39,636 nt of DNA from a virus, in the IMG/VR virus record IMGVR_UViG_3300037851_001094; one strand, written 5' to 3'. Made by a program: the position numbers and the translations under genes. Positions 7,060-15,034 of the stretch are shown here, piece by piece. Every line of letters starts with the position of its first letter. Position 1 is the stretch's first letter. Under the pieces are notes generated by a model, which was not told where the DNA came from, did no database searches, and saw only the letters and a program-made list of their open reading frames with translations.

Positions 7060-8043
7060 ATGGCTTACTCAGTTCTTCATCATACGTTCCCAGTAGAGAT
7101 CGCAGAAAAATATGGCGTTGACGCGGCGATTTTGATTCATCACTTCGCGCATTGGATCGCCTACAACAAAAGAGAAAACAAGAATTTTCATGACGGCACA
7201 TGGTGGATGTACGACACCCGCGAAAGAATCGCCCTCCATTTTCCTTATTGGAGTGAAAAAGAGGTTCGACTTCGAATTGAAAAGCTCGTTGAACTGAAGA
7301 TTTTGAAAACAGGAAACTTTAATAAAATAAAATTTGATAAGACGCTTTGGTATGCTTTTTGCGAACCCGAAAAGTTTTTAGGAGGTCTAAATTCAAATAG
7401 TTTTTACGAAAGCCCAAACGGGCAAATCGAGACGCCTGAACAGGCAAATCGAAAGGCTCAAACGGGCACACCTATACCACATACTAAACCACATACTAAA
7501 GAACACATCGAAGATTCCCCCCCTCCCCCCCCATACGCAAATAAATTTGCTTCTGGGGGGACTCCTTCGTCGGAGGTGAGCGAAAAAAAACCGCCACCAA
7601 GAGAGGCCTTTGAGTTGGCAGAAGAGTTAAAAAAATTTATTGAGTCTGCGATTGAAAAAAAGATTTCACCAAACATGAAGATTTGGGCTAAAGACATGGA
7701 TCTCCTTTTGCGAAAGGATGGGCATACTATTCAAGAAATCCAGGCCGTGATGGCTTGGGTTTTTGCTGACAACTTCTGGAGATGCAACATTTTAAGTCCC
7801 CGCAAGCTACGTGAAAAATTTCTTCAGTTGCTTTTAAAAAGCCGCGAAAAGAAAAATGGTTCCCCAGCGCCTCAAAAGCTGAAAACGGCAGAGGAATGGA
7901 AGGAGGTATTTAATTCTGATTGGTGGCCGGCAATTTTAGAGCTTGAGAAAAACGATTCCCCTGATGCGCAGCTTTGGTTTAAACAAATGTCCGAAAATGA
8001 AAAAAAGGCATATGAAGCATGGAAATTGAAGCAACCATCCTAG
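7060..8043 (+). CDS. replication initiator / replisome organizer (N-terminal winged-helix, Pro-rich linker, DnaD-like C-terminal region)
   Basis: 327 aa. N-terminal wHTH-like region (SEKEVRLRIEKLVELKILKTGNFNK), PPPPP linker, C-terminal ...IQAVMAWVFADNFWRCNILSPRKLREKF. Sits directly upstream of a DnaC-like loader. Confidence 0.6.
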   Translation: MAYSVLHHTFPVEIAEKYGVDAAILIHHFAHWIAYNKRENKNFHDGTWWMYDTRERIALHFPYWSEKEVRLRIEKLVELKILKTGNFNKIKFDKTLWYAFCEPEKFLGGLNSNSFYESPNGQIETPEQANRKAQTGTPIPHTKPHTKEHIEDSPPPPPYANKFASGGTPSSEVSEKKPPPREAFELAEELKKFIESAIEKKISPNMKIWAKDMDLLLRKDGHTIQEIQAVMAWVFADNFWRCNILSPRKLREKFLQLLLKSREKKNGSPAPQKLKTAEEWKEVFNSDWWPAILELEKNDSPDAQLWFKQMSENEKKAYEAWKLKQPS

Positions 8044-8969
8044 AAAACGCCAAAAAAAGATTAATAGAGATTGATGAATTACAAATATCTATATGCAAAA
8101 ACTTTGTAAGTAATGAAATAAATGAAGAAAAATATAACAAAACAATTAGTGATTTAAATAAAGAACAAAAAGAATTAATGGAAATTCTTTCTGTAAACAA
8201 TAAAAAGGCGACTGTTTTTTTCGAACAGCCTAAAATAGAAGAAGTTTTAAAAAATAGTCCTGGTTTTTGCTCATTTTGCAACAACCCCCTACAACGATTC
8301 GACCTGGATGAAAAAAAACATGCTTATTGTTGCTTGCGGTCACAGTGTCAAAGAAGTGTTTTAAACTTTCCTAATGTGCCACGGTGGTTGCGCGAATGGA
8401 CGACTTTTGTATGCAAAAAAAACAGTAGATACCTAAATGCAAATCCATGGGGATTGCATGAGGTTCTTAAGCCTCTTTATCAGAAAATTTCAAATATGAT
8501 AGAACCCATTGAAGAGTTTCCTGGTTTGCTACTAAATGGGGATGTTGGATCAGGAAAAACCTTTTTTGTTTTTTCTATGATTCGAGATCTGCTTCAAAAA
8601 GAAATCTTTGTTTTTGAGTCCGATTTTTATTATTTATCTGAAAGTTTTTTCTTTTCGGAAATGAAAAATGAGATGGATTCGAGGGTTTCTCGCAGTTGGT
8701 CAGTTTTAGATCGCGCCCAACGCGCAAAAGTCCTTTTTTATGACGACTTAGGTTCAGCCATAAAAACAATTCAAGGCGACTGGGCAAAACAGGTGATTTT
8801 TGAAATCATTGACCATCGTTATAACAACAGAATGCCTATTTTTATAACCACAAACTTAGATAAAAAAGTCATCGAAGACACCTTTGGGTTGCGAACGGCA
8901 GACCGTCTAAATGTTTTATTCAGCTTTAGCGTTAGAATGCCTTCTCAACGAAAACCGGGGAAAATTTAA
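8019..8969 (+). CDS. DnaC/IstB-like AAA+ helicase loader
   Basis: Walker A LLLNGDVGSGKTF, Walker B VLFYDDLGS, sensor IFITTNL; Cys-rich N-terminal segment (CSFCNNPL...YCCLRSQC). Confidence 0.75.
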   Translation: MEIEATILENAKKRLIEIDELQISICKNFVSNEINEEKYNKTISDLNKEQKELMEILSVNNKKATVFFEQPKIEEVLKNSPGFCSFCNNPLQRFDLDEKKHAYCCLRSQCQRSVLNFPNVPRWLREWTTFVCKKNSRYLNANPWGLHEVLKPLYQKISNMIEPIEEFPGLLLNGDVGSGKTFFVFSMIRDLLQKEIFVFESDFYYLSESFFFSEMKNEMDSRVSRSWSVLDRAQRAKVLFYDDLGSAIKTIQGDWAKQVIFEIIDHRYNNRMPIFITTNLDKKVIEDTFGLRTADRLNVLFSFSVRMPSQRKPGKI

Positions 8970-8975
8970 ATGGGA

Positions 8976-9089
8976 TTATTCGTCGTCCATCTCTTTAAAA
9001 ATCGTGTGGGTAACGTACCAGACACCCACGAACATGATCACGATGAACGCAAGGCCTGTAAAAACGACTGGAAAGACTCCACTAGTCAT
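8976..9089 (-). CDS. 37-aa single-pass membrane peptide
   Basis: Hand translation MTSGVFPVVFTGLAFIVIMFVGVWYVTHTIFKEMDDE*; ATGA overlap with the lipoprotein gene upstream. Confidence 0.45.
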   Translation of the reverse strand: MTSGVFPVVFTGLAFIVIMFVGVWYVTHTIFKEMDDE

Positions 9090-9295
9090 TTGGATATCCA
9101 AAACATTTTAGCAGCCTGGTCTGGCGCCAAATACATTTCTTTGTCGACTTCGGTCTGGTGCTCTATTTTCGAGCCGTCTCTCAATGTGGTGTCTTTTGTA
9201 TCCTCTTTGAGGGTGCACCCGGCTAAAAAAAGTCCAAAGCCCACCACAACAGAGAAAACCCCCAGTCCGATCAAAACAGCGTATGAACGAAACAT
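9086..9295 (-). CDS. small lipoprotein (69 aa)
   Basis: MFRSYAVLIGLGVFSVVVGFGLFLAGC has a canonical lipobox (LAGC). AGGAGG RBS (plus strand cctcct, 9302-9307) upstream of ATG 9295; the ORF track extends it to 9505. Confidence 0.7.
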   Translation of the reverse strand: MFRSYAVLIGLGVFSVVVGFGLFLAGCTLKEDTKDTTLRDGSKIEHQTEVDKEMYLAPDQAAKMFWISK

Positions 9296-9535
9296 AAGAC
9301 ACCTCCTAATATTCTTTTCTTTAGCAAATAAATTATTGAATGTCAAGAGTATGTTAAAATTTAAGAAGTCAAGGAGTTTTGTGTTAAAATATTTTGTATA
9401 TCGTTTGGAACGTCCGATAATTTCTCTTAAGTTGTTTTCAAGTTTCGATTTGAGGGGATTGTTAAAGAATCTTAAAGAGTTAGGGTCTACTTTTGAGGTT
9501 GTCAAAAATAAACTTTATTAGAATCGAAGCCGGCG

Positions 9536-9736
9536 TCATAAGTGGGCAGCCGGCTGCATATCCATTGATTCGACGATATTGACCAATTCCATCGCATACT
9601 GATACGTGATCTTCATCTTGCGGCTTAAAAACGTTGCGCTCAGAGCCCCAAACTCCTCTTTGATCTTGATGGCATCCAGAACGTCGAGATCCCATACGTC
9701 GTCTTTACTTTTCCTCAGCTTCACTATTTTTGTCAT
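9536..9736 (-). CDS. small winged-helix-like protein (FtsK-gamma-like pattern, tentative)
   Basis: MTKIVKLRKSKDD... start follows GGGGGAAG. ALSATFLSRKMKITYQYAMELVNIVESM resembles the FtsK gamma pattern ASIS.LQR...IGY.RAARII..ME. Confidence 0.45.
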   Translation of the reverse strand: MTKIVKLRKSKDDVWDLDVLDAIKIKEEFGALSATFLSRKMKITYQYAMELVNIVESMDMQPAAHL

Positions 9737-9953
9737 TACTTCCCCCTTCCAAAGCTCGCTGTAGCCTCTTATTCCAATAGAGGTCAATTTTGGCTCCAGT
9801 ATTTTTTTTCATATATACTCTAGAACCATCAGGCAATTTTTGTATAAGGGTAAATTGATCGGCGGGAAATTTTTTGTCATATTCCTCTTCGGAAATGACC
9901 ACAAACTTTTCTTGCGCTTTAGGAAATTTATTTAGATCAGCCATTGACTCCAT
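9705..9953 (-). CDS. hypothetical protein
   Basis: 82-aa ORF; AAGGAG RBS upstream of ATG 9953. Confidence 0.55.
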   Translation of the reverse strand: MESMADLNKFPKAQEKFVVISEEEYDKKFPADQFTLIQKLPDGSRVYMKKNTGAKIDLYWNKRLQRALEGGSNDKNSEAEEK

Positions 9954-10001
9954 AACGACTCCTTTTGAGACAGATTATGGATGCAAATATTTTAGTTCAA
10001 G

Positions 10002-10304
10002 TCAGAAAGGCCAGTACCACGGCTTTTCTTCTAGGGGAATCGGAACTTGTGGAGGTGGCAGAGAAGGAACTGGAATCTTCATCGGCGTTTCATCTTCTAC
10101 AGGAACGTCTTTGCGTGGCTCCGATTTCACAGGAATGGGAATAACAATCGCCTTTTTATCCTCTTGTTTCTCTTTGTGACTTCTTTTCTTGTTGTGGTCG
10201 TGCCCTTTTTCGACTCCAACACCAATAAAAGAAAGACCAACAGCAATAAAAAAAAGACCGACAAAGATGAGAACGCCTGCATCGTAAAGCCCTCTTGTTT
10301 TCAT
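10002..10304 (-). CDS. membrane-anchored Pro-rich protein (TM, then His/Lys-rich, then Pro-rich spacer)
   Basis: N-terminal TM GVLIFVGLFFIAVGLSFIGVGV, then HDHNKKRSHKEKQEDKK, then IPIPVKSEPRKDVPVEDETPMKIPVPSLPPPQVPIPLEEKP. Confidence 0.6.
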   Translation of the reverse strand: MKTRGLYDAGVLIFVGLFFIAVGLSFIGVGVEKGHDHNKKRSHKEKQEDKKAIVIPIPVKSEPRKDVPVEDETPMKIPVPSLPPPQVPIPLEEKPWYWPF

Positions 10305-10305
10305 G

Positions 10306-10461
10306 TTACCACCTATATGTTAAAACTTGTGCATGATTAGAAGGAAGTGCATCTACAGGGGTTTCACTGTAGGGGAGAGGGATTGGTAGATGCACTTCAA
10401 AGCCTTTTTCTTTGATGGCTTGACATCCAAATAAAATGAAAAGCCACCAGATAAGTTTCAT
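10306..10461 (-). CDS. small Pro-rich lipoprotein (51 aa)
   Basis: Hand translation MKLIWWLFILFGCQAIKEKGFEVHLPIPLPYSETPVDALPSNHAQVLTYRW*; lipobox-like LFGC; stop lies 1 nt before the next ATG. Confidence 0.5.
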   Translation of the reverse strand: MKLIWWLFILFGCQAIKEKGFEVHLPIPLPYSETPVDALPSNHAQVLTYRW

Positions 10462-10528
10462 AGATAATCCCCCAGCACAAAAACCTTAATATGCGTCTTC
10501 GCTGGCGTCTGAGGGGTGTCGTTTAACA

Positions 10529-11098
10529 TTAGTTTACCGTGTAAATGATGGTTCCGGCAATCCCTGAACCGTTTACAAAATGAGTGTCATTTAAAATTAA
10601 ACTTGTAATACCGCTTCCAACGCCAAAAAAGTTTAAAGTTGTTCCAGGAGCGGTTTGAATACTAGAGCTTAAATAAGTAGTTGCTACCGGAAAAGTTACA
10701 GAGTTGGTTTGCACATTCCCTGTAGTTCCTACGTTGCTCGCTCCGGTTGTTACAGGCAAACTAGCAATGGCCATCGTTCCTACAGAAGTTCCTTTATTGA
10801 CCAAAGTAACGTTGAAATAGGCAGTAACAATATCCCCGACTTGTGTGTACCAGCCCAACTGAACTCCATAAACGATACCGACGCTTGCGCCCCCAAAAGT
10901 GACCGTAGGAGTCCAAGGGGTTGTGTTTGTAAAGGTCGTAACTCCAGTGTTCGTAATCGTGGGACTCCCTGCCGTTCCATCCCCGTTTGTGATATTTATC
11001 CCCGTCCCTGCGGTTAAAGTCCTTCCATTCCAAACCCCACCAGCGGTAATAGATTGGAATCCAGTTTGTGTTGCATCGACTGCGTTGTTAAAGCTCAT
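10529..11098 (-). CDS. tail-fibre tip protein (WTP jelly-roll-like C-terminal domain)
   Basis: 189 aa, G/T/N-rich. ...TPWTPTVTFGGASVGIVYGVQLGWYTQVGDIVTAYFNVTL...IASLP parallels the preceding gene. AAGGAG RBS; separated by a 105-nt AT-rich spacer. Confidence 0.65.
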   Translation of the reverse strand: MSFNNAVDATQTGFQSITAGGVWNGRTLTAGTGINITNGDGTAGSPTITNTGVTTFTNTTPWTPTVTFGGASVGIVYGVQLGWYTQVGDIVTAYFNVTLVNKGTSVGTMAIASLPVTTGASNVGTTGNVQTNSVTFPVATTYLSSSIQTAPGTTLNFFGVGSGITSLILNDTHFVNGSGIAGTIIYTVN

Positions 11099-11203
11099 AT
11101 AACTCCTTAATAATAAAACCCTATCATTTTAATTCGTAAATCAAAAGTTGGCTAATGTCATTTTTTCTTCTCAATAATTTAAATAACAAATATTTTAAAT
11201 TTT

Positions 11204-11650
11204 TTACACTAAATAAAATCCTGAAATATCTGCTGTTCCTGTATTATCCATTGAAACAGGCAAGTTAGTGTTGTTTGTACGTGTTCCCTCAAGGATGATC
11301 TGCGTCGATGATCCTTGAATCTCTCCCATGATCTGCACCGTTCCCGCTGGCAAAACGATGTTGGATAAATTTACCGTCACGTCGTAGTGGTAATTGGCCA
11401 AGTTCCTAGAGGTAAAAGGGAGTGTCTGGATCAGCATATTGCCCGTTCCCGTGTGGGCTGTCCAAGTAACTGTACCGGACAAAAATACCAGGTTCCCGAT
11501 TCGGGTATAAGTCCCTGCCTGGACAGTGTAAGTGCCTACGCCTGCTGCTGTCGACCCCGCAATTATCGGTGTCCAGCTTCCCTGATCTATGTACTGATCG
11601 AGAGAGTTGCTTGGAGTCATTGACAGATTAAGCGAGTTCGCATTAGACAA
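11204..11650 (-). CDS. tail-fibre tip protein (WTP jelly-roll-like domain)
   Basis: 148 aa. GSWTPIIAGSTAAGVGTYTVQAGTYTRIGNLVFLSGTVTWTAHTGTGNMLIQTLPFTS. Confidence 0.65.
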   Translation of the reverse strand: MSNANSLNLSMTPSNSLDQYIDQGSWTPIIAGSTAAGVGTYTVQAGTYTRIGNLVFLSGTVTWTAHTGTGNMLIQTLPFTSRNLANYHYDVTVNLSNIVLPAGTVQIMGEIQGSSTQIILEGTRTNNTNLPVSMDNTGTADISGFYLV

Positions 11651-11825
11651 GCGTTACCTCTTTCCAAACAGCTGCATCAGGTGTCAGATCAGTTGGCCAA
11701 AAAAGCTGTTCGGAAACTTCGTTAAACCAAAAAATCGGCGTTTTATAGTCGCTATCCAGCGCAGTAGGGCTGTGATCCGTTATGATCGTGTAACTGTTAC
11801 CAGTCGTGATTGGTTCGTTTGCCAA
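11643..11825 (-). CDS. small hypothetical protein within the fibre operon
   Basis: 60-aa ORF filling the gap between two fibre genes, with short overlaps. Confidence 0.45.
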   Translation of the reverse strand: MANEPITTGNSYTIITDHSPTALDSDYKTPIFWFNEVSEQLFWPTDLTPDAAVWKEVTLV

Positions 11826-11835
11826 TATAACTCCT

Positions 11836-13584
11836 TTACGATAAAGTCCAGTTGCCTATTACGCTCGTTGCGAACCAAATTGATCCCGTAGAGCGGAAAA
11901 CAAGCGTTAATGCATCCCCATCATCGCTGCTTGTGGCCAATCCGCCAGATGTCGAAATCGAGTTGCCAATTTGAATGAATTGTCCAGGTTGCGCATCTAC
12001 GACCAGAGTGGTAGCACCTACCCTCACAACTCCCAACGATGCGCCTTGCGCCGCACCAGCTTGTGTTGTGATGGTGACCGCTCCTCCCCCCGTAGCAAAA
12101 TATCCTTCATCATCTTGAGCTGTTACGTTCACCGCGGTGTCTACATAGGTAATCCCATTGATCGTGATGGTGTTCGAACCGTTTCCGCTAGTGCGGATTC
12201 CAGCTCCACCCACCAAGTTCATTTGGCCGCCAACCGATTGCGCAGTAGTCGCGCCATCCATAACCCAATCTGTAGGAACAGAACCGGCTACGTTTATGGT
12301 GATGGTGTTCCCCGCTCCAGTTGTACCTATATGCGATCCCGTGAGGATTTGTAGAGTATTCCCGACTGGGACGGCTGATCCCACATCCGCATTGTAGTTA
12401 GTGGCTACTGAACCTTCTACCGCCACTGTAATGGTGTTGCCTGCTCCGGATGTGTCAATTCCTGTACCACCCAAGACGTTTAGAACAGATGCCACAGGTG
12501 TTGCTGAACCAGCATCCTCAGTAAAAGTAATTGGAATGGAGCCTGATGCTTGAACAAACCCATCCGTTACAGTAAATTGGGATGAGTCAAAAGAAGCTAC
12601 TCCCCTTACACTGGATGCACCAGGGGCGACGTCCGTTTCTGCCCATGGCCTCCATCCAAATTTGATTTGGACTGTGGCAGGATCAATACCTGCTGCCGTA
12701 AGGGGATTGACGGCATCAGAACAATATTCATATTGCCCTGGGCCTGCAACATAATTGACTCCTCCACCCGTGACAATGAAACTGTTTTGATATGACCTGA
12801 CTACGGGGCCGCCAGCGGCAAAGTTTATAAGAGGATTAATAGATGTAAGCGAATTATAATTTAGGACGCACGTTCCACCTACCTGCATGTCGATACAAGA
12901 GCCGCCATTAGCTATGAGCTGAGATCTAGAAAACTCAATGTTTCCCCCCGCATTGTCAAAAACGATATTTCCATTGCTAGAGACTAAAATGCAGGTATCG
13001 CAAAACAATGAAGCAGGATTTTGTATGTCAAAACAGCTATTATTGGAATCTACTCTACAATCAAACATGCGAACAGTAGCCGAGCCTATTTCGTAAAATA
13101 CGGCTGAACTATTAGATGAACTCACATTGCACCGATTCATTTTAATATCGCTGTCTTGAGCATGAATGGCAAAATTTGTATTGGAAGTAAAGGTGCAATC
13201 TTCAGCCCATACAGTGCTTCCAGCTCCAACTAGATCGATAGCATATGCTGCGAGTCCCGAAATGAATAAATTCTCTAGCCTACAATCTCCTCCAACAGGA
13301 GCAGTTAGCGTTCCTTCAATTACGACTCTACCATAAGAGCCGCCTCCTGAAGAAACCCCACTAGATTGACATTCGACGCCAATGATATCTACGCCTGGCT
13401 GAAGCGTAATATTACCTACATAAGCGGAATTTTTATGGCGCACTAAAACAACGCTGCCACCCGCAGCAAAAGCATCCGTTACAGCATCCTGAATGGAGGT
13501 ATAATTAACCCCTGCACCTAACGTTTCTCCAACAACAAAAGATGTTGGGCCGAAATTGTTCGTGCTATTAGTCCTTCCTGGCAT
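11836..13584 (-). CDS. tailspike-like protein: N-terminal right-handed beta-helix (depolymerase-like) plus C-terminal fibre repeats and shared C-terminal domain
   Basis: 582 aa. PbH1-like coils (EDCTFTSNTNFAIHA, NRCNVSSSNSSAVFY, FDCRVDSNNSCFDIQ, CDTCILVSSNGNIVF), hinge GVASFDSSQFTVTDGFVQASG, three copies of the ...LGG.GI.TSGAGNTITV unit, C-terminus GDALTLVFRSTGSIWFATSVIGNWTLS. Confidence 0.75.
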   Translation of the reverse strand: MPGRTNSTNNFGPTSFVVGETLGAGVNYTSIQDAVTDAFAAGGSVVLVRHKNSAYVGNITLQPGVDIIGVECQSSGVSSGGGSYGRVVIEGTLTAPVGGDCRLENLFISGLAAYAIDLVGAGSTVWAEDCTFTSNTNFAIHAQDSDIKMNRCNVSSSNSSAVFYEIGSATVRMFDCRVDSNNSCFDIQNPASLFCDTCILVSSNGNIVFDNAGGNIEFSRSQLIANGGSCIDMQVGGTCVLNYNSLTSINPLINFAAGGPVVRSYQNSFIVTGGGVNYVAGPGQYEYCSDAVNPLTAAGIDPATVQIKFGWRPWAETDVAPGASSVRGVASFDSSQFTVTDGFVQASGSIPITFTEDAGSATPVASVLNVLGGTGIDTSGAGNTITVAVEGSVATNYNADVGSAVPVGNTLQILTGSHIGTTGAGNTITINVAGSVPTDWVMDGATTAQSVGGQMNLVGGAGIRTSGNGSNTITINGITYVDTAVNVTAQDDEGYFATGGGAVTITTQAGAAQGASLGVVRVGATTLVVDAQPGQFIQIGNSISTSGGLATSSDDGDALTLVFRSTGSIWFATSVIGNWTLS

Positions 13585-13591
13585 ATTTTAC

Positions 13592-15025
13592 CTATCCTAT
13601 TTTCCATGCGGCAAAGCGCGTTGTAATTAATGGAGGAGCATTTCCAGCTAAGGTAACCGTAAGTGTTGAGTTTGATACCACAAACCTAACTACAACAGTC
13701 TGCCCTGCTATTAAATCAATCACGTCATGACATAGCCAATTGAGAGAATTAGAGGTAAGCTCCCTCATAGCCCCTGCATTCTGGGATTGACCAACATAAG
13801 TGGTTCCAGCCGCTAAAAAGAAAGCCGTTCCTGAAGTGTGTGCTGCCCCGATGTTTAAGGCGGCTATTGTTGCTTCGAAAAAATATCTTCCATCAGAAGG
13901 AGCAGTAAATGTCCCTGTAGCATTGTCATAGACACCACCTTGGTCAAATATTTCCGTGTCGAATACAACTGTCACCGTCGTTCCGTTTCCTGTGGCGTTT
14001 AGGGTATTTGCCGACTTATAAGCAGAGAACATAGGCAAAGAGGAATTGTTGCCCGTCAAGTTAACAAACCCATCCGATACAGCAAATTGCGTGCTGTCGA
14101 AACATGCGGTTCCTCTTACGCCTCCAGGAAGCGTTGCATTAGCCGCTGTTCCGGCATGAGGCTGCCAATCCACAAAATTAGTAAGAATTGCATTGTTGAC
14201 CAAAGCAGTTCCCATCAACGCTAAATCATAGAATTCGAAAGTAGAAACATTGTCTATGTAATTTCCAGAAACAGCACTTGAATCAACAGAACAGTGTTCT
14301 AAATCGACTAATTCGCCATTATTTACGCCAAGAACCGCTTCTTGAGGGCAAGATATATTACAAAACTCCATCCTCATACGATTGCCTGTTCCTGTGATGC
14401 TCACACCATAGTCAACAGACGCATCAAAGATAGAGTTGAAAGCGCGCAGACGAGCATCGCCGCTCATCACTACCACAGTGCCCCCTTGGAGCTGCGAATT
14501 AATAATAAATATCGAATTATGCTCTAGAAAATCTGCCGCTATCAAAGTTCCGACAATCCGGCACTCTCGAAAGGCAAATTGAGATAAAGTTCCAGAAGTA
14601 TTGCTTACGACAACACCTCTATTTCCTTGAAGAGAGCAATTAGCGACATCGACTACAATCGTAGGGCCGACTCCTTGAATTACCAAAGCATCGGCGGGAT
14701 CAGTAATGGTTAGATTTTTCAGGGCATATTGAACTCCGCCAGCAGTCGTCGAATCAATCGTAACAGTTCCTGAAACTACAGCATTATTGGAGAAAACAGA
14801 ACCAGCAGCGACCCCTTCCACCAAAATTCCAGGAGCCATCGTAAAGCCGCTGTAAGAGCCTGGACGCACCAAAATAGTGCATGGATTGGCAGCAGTAAAG
14901 CCATCAGCAACAGCTTGAGTAATGGCCGACTGAATCGAAGTAAAGTTGCACCCATTCCCTAAAACAGTGCCAACCACATAACTAGATGGGCCAAACTTAT
15001 TTGTACTGTTGGAAGGGGATGCCAT
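13592..15025 (-). CDS. tailspike-like protein: N-terminal beta-helix plus C-terminal C1q/TNF-like domain
   Basis: 477 aa. N-terminus paralogous to 11836 and 15035 ORFs (NSTNKFGPSSYVVGTVLGNGCNFTSIQSAI), hinge GTACFDSTQFAVSDGFVNLTG, C-terminus FSAYKS...VVFDTEIFDQGGVYDNATGTFTAPSDGRYFF...LIAGQTVVV...TRFAAWKIG. Confidence 0.75.
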   Translation of the reverse strand: MASPSNSTNKFGPSSYVVGTVLGNGCNFTSIQSAITQAVADGFTAANPCTILVRPGSYSGFTMAPGILVEGVAAGSVFSNNAVVSGTVTIDSTTAGGVQYALKNLTITDPADALVIQGVGPTIVVDVANCSLQGNRGVVVSNTSGTLSQFAFRECRIVGTLIAADFLEHNSIFIINSQLQGGTVVVMSGDARLRAFNSIFDASVDYGVSITGTGNRMRMEFCNISCPQEAVLGVNNGELVDLEHCSVDSSAVSGNYIDNVSTFEFYDLALMGTALVNNAILTNFVDWQPHAGTAANATLPGGVRGTACFDSTQFAVSDGFVNLTGNNSSLPMFSAYKSANTLNATGNGTTVTVVFDTEIFDQGGVYDNATGTFTAPSDGRYFFEATIAALNIGAAHTSGTAFFLAAGTTYVGQSQNAGAMRELTSNSLNWLCHDVIDLIAGQTVVVRFVVSNSTLTVTLAGNAPPLITTRFAAWKIG

Positions 15026-15034
15026 AAACTTTCC

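Noticed and set aside
8970-9521. 183-aa plus-strand ORF downstream of the DnaC-like gene
   Set aside because: Its translation is low-complexity. The opposite strand encodes a lipoprotein with a perfect AGGAGG RBS and LAGC lipobox, ATGA-coupled to a TM peptide. The remainder is an AT-rich promoter-like gap.
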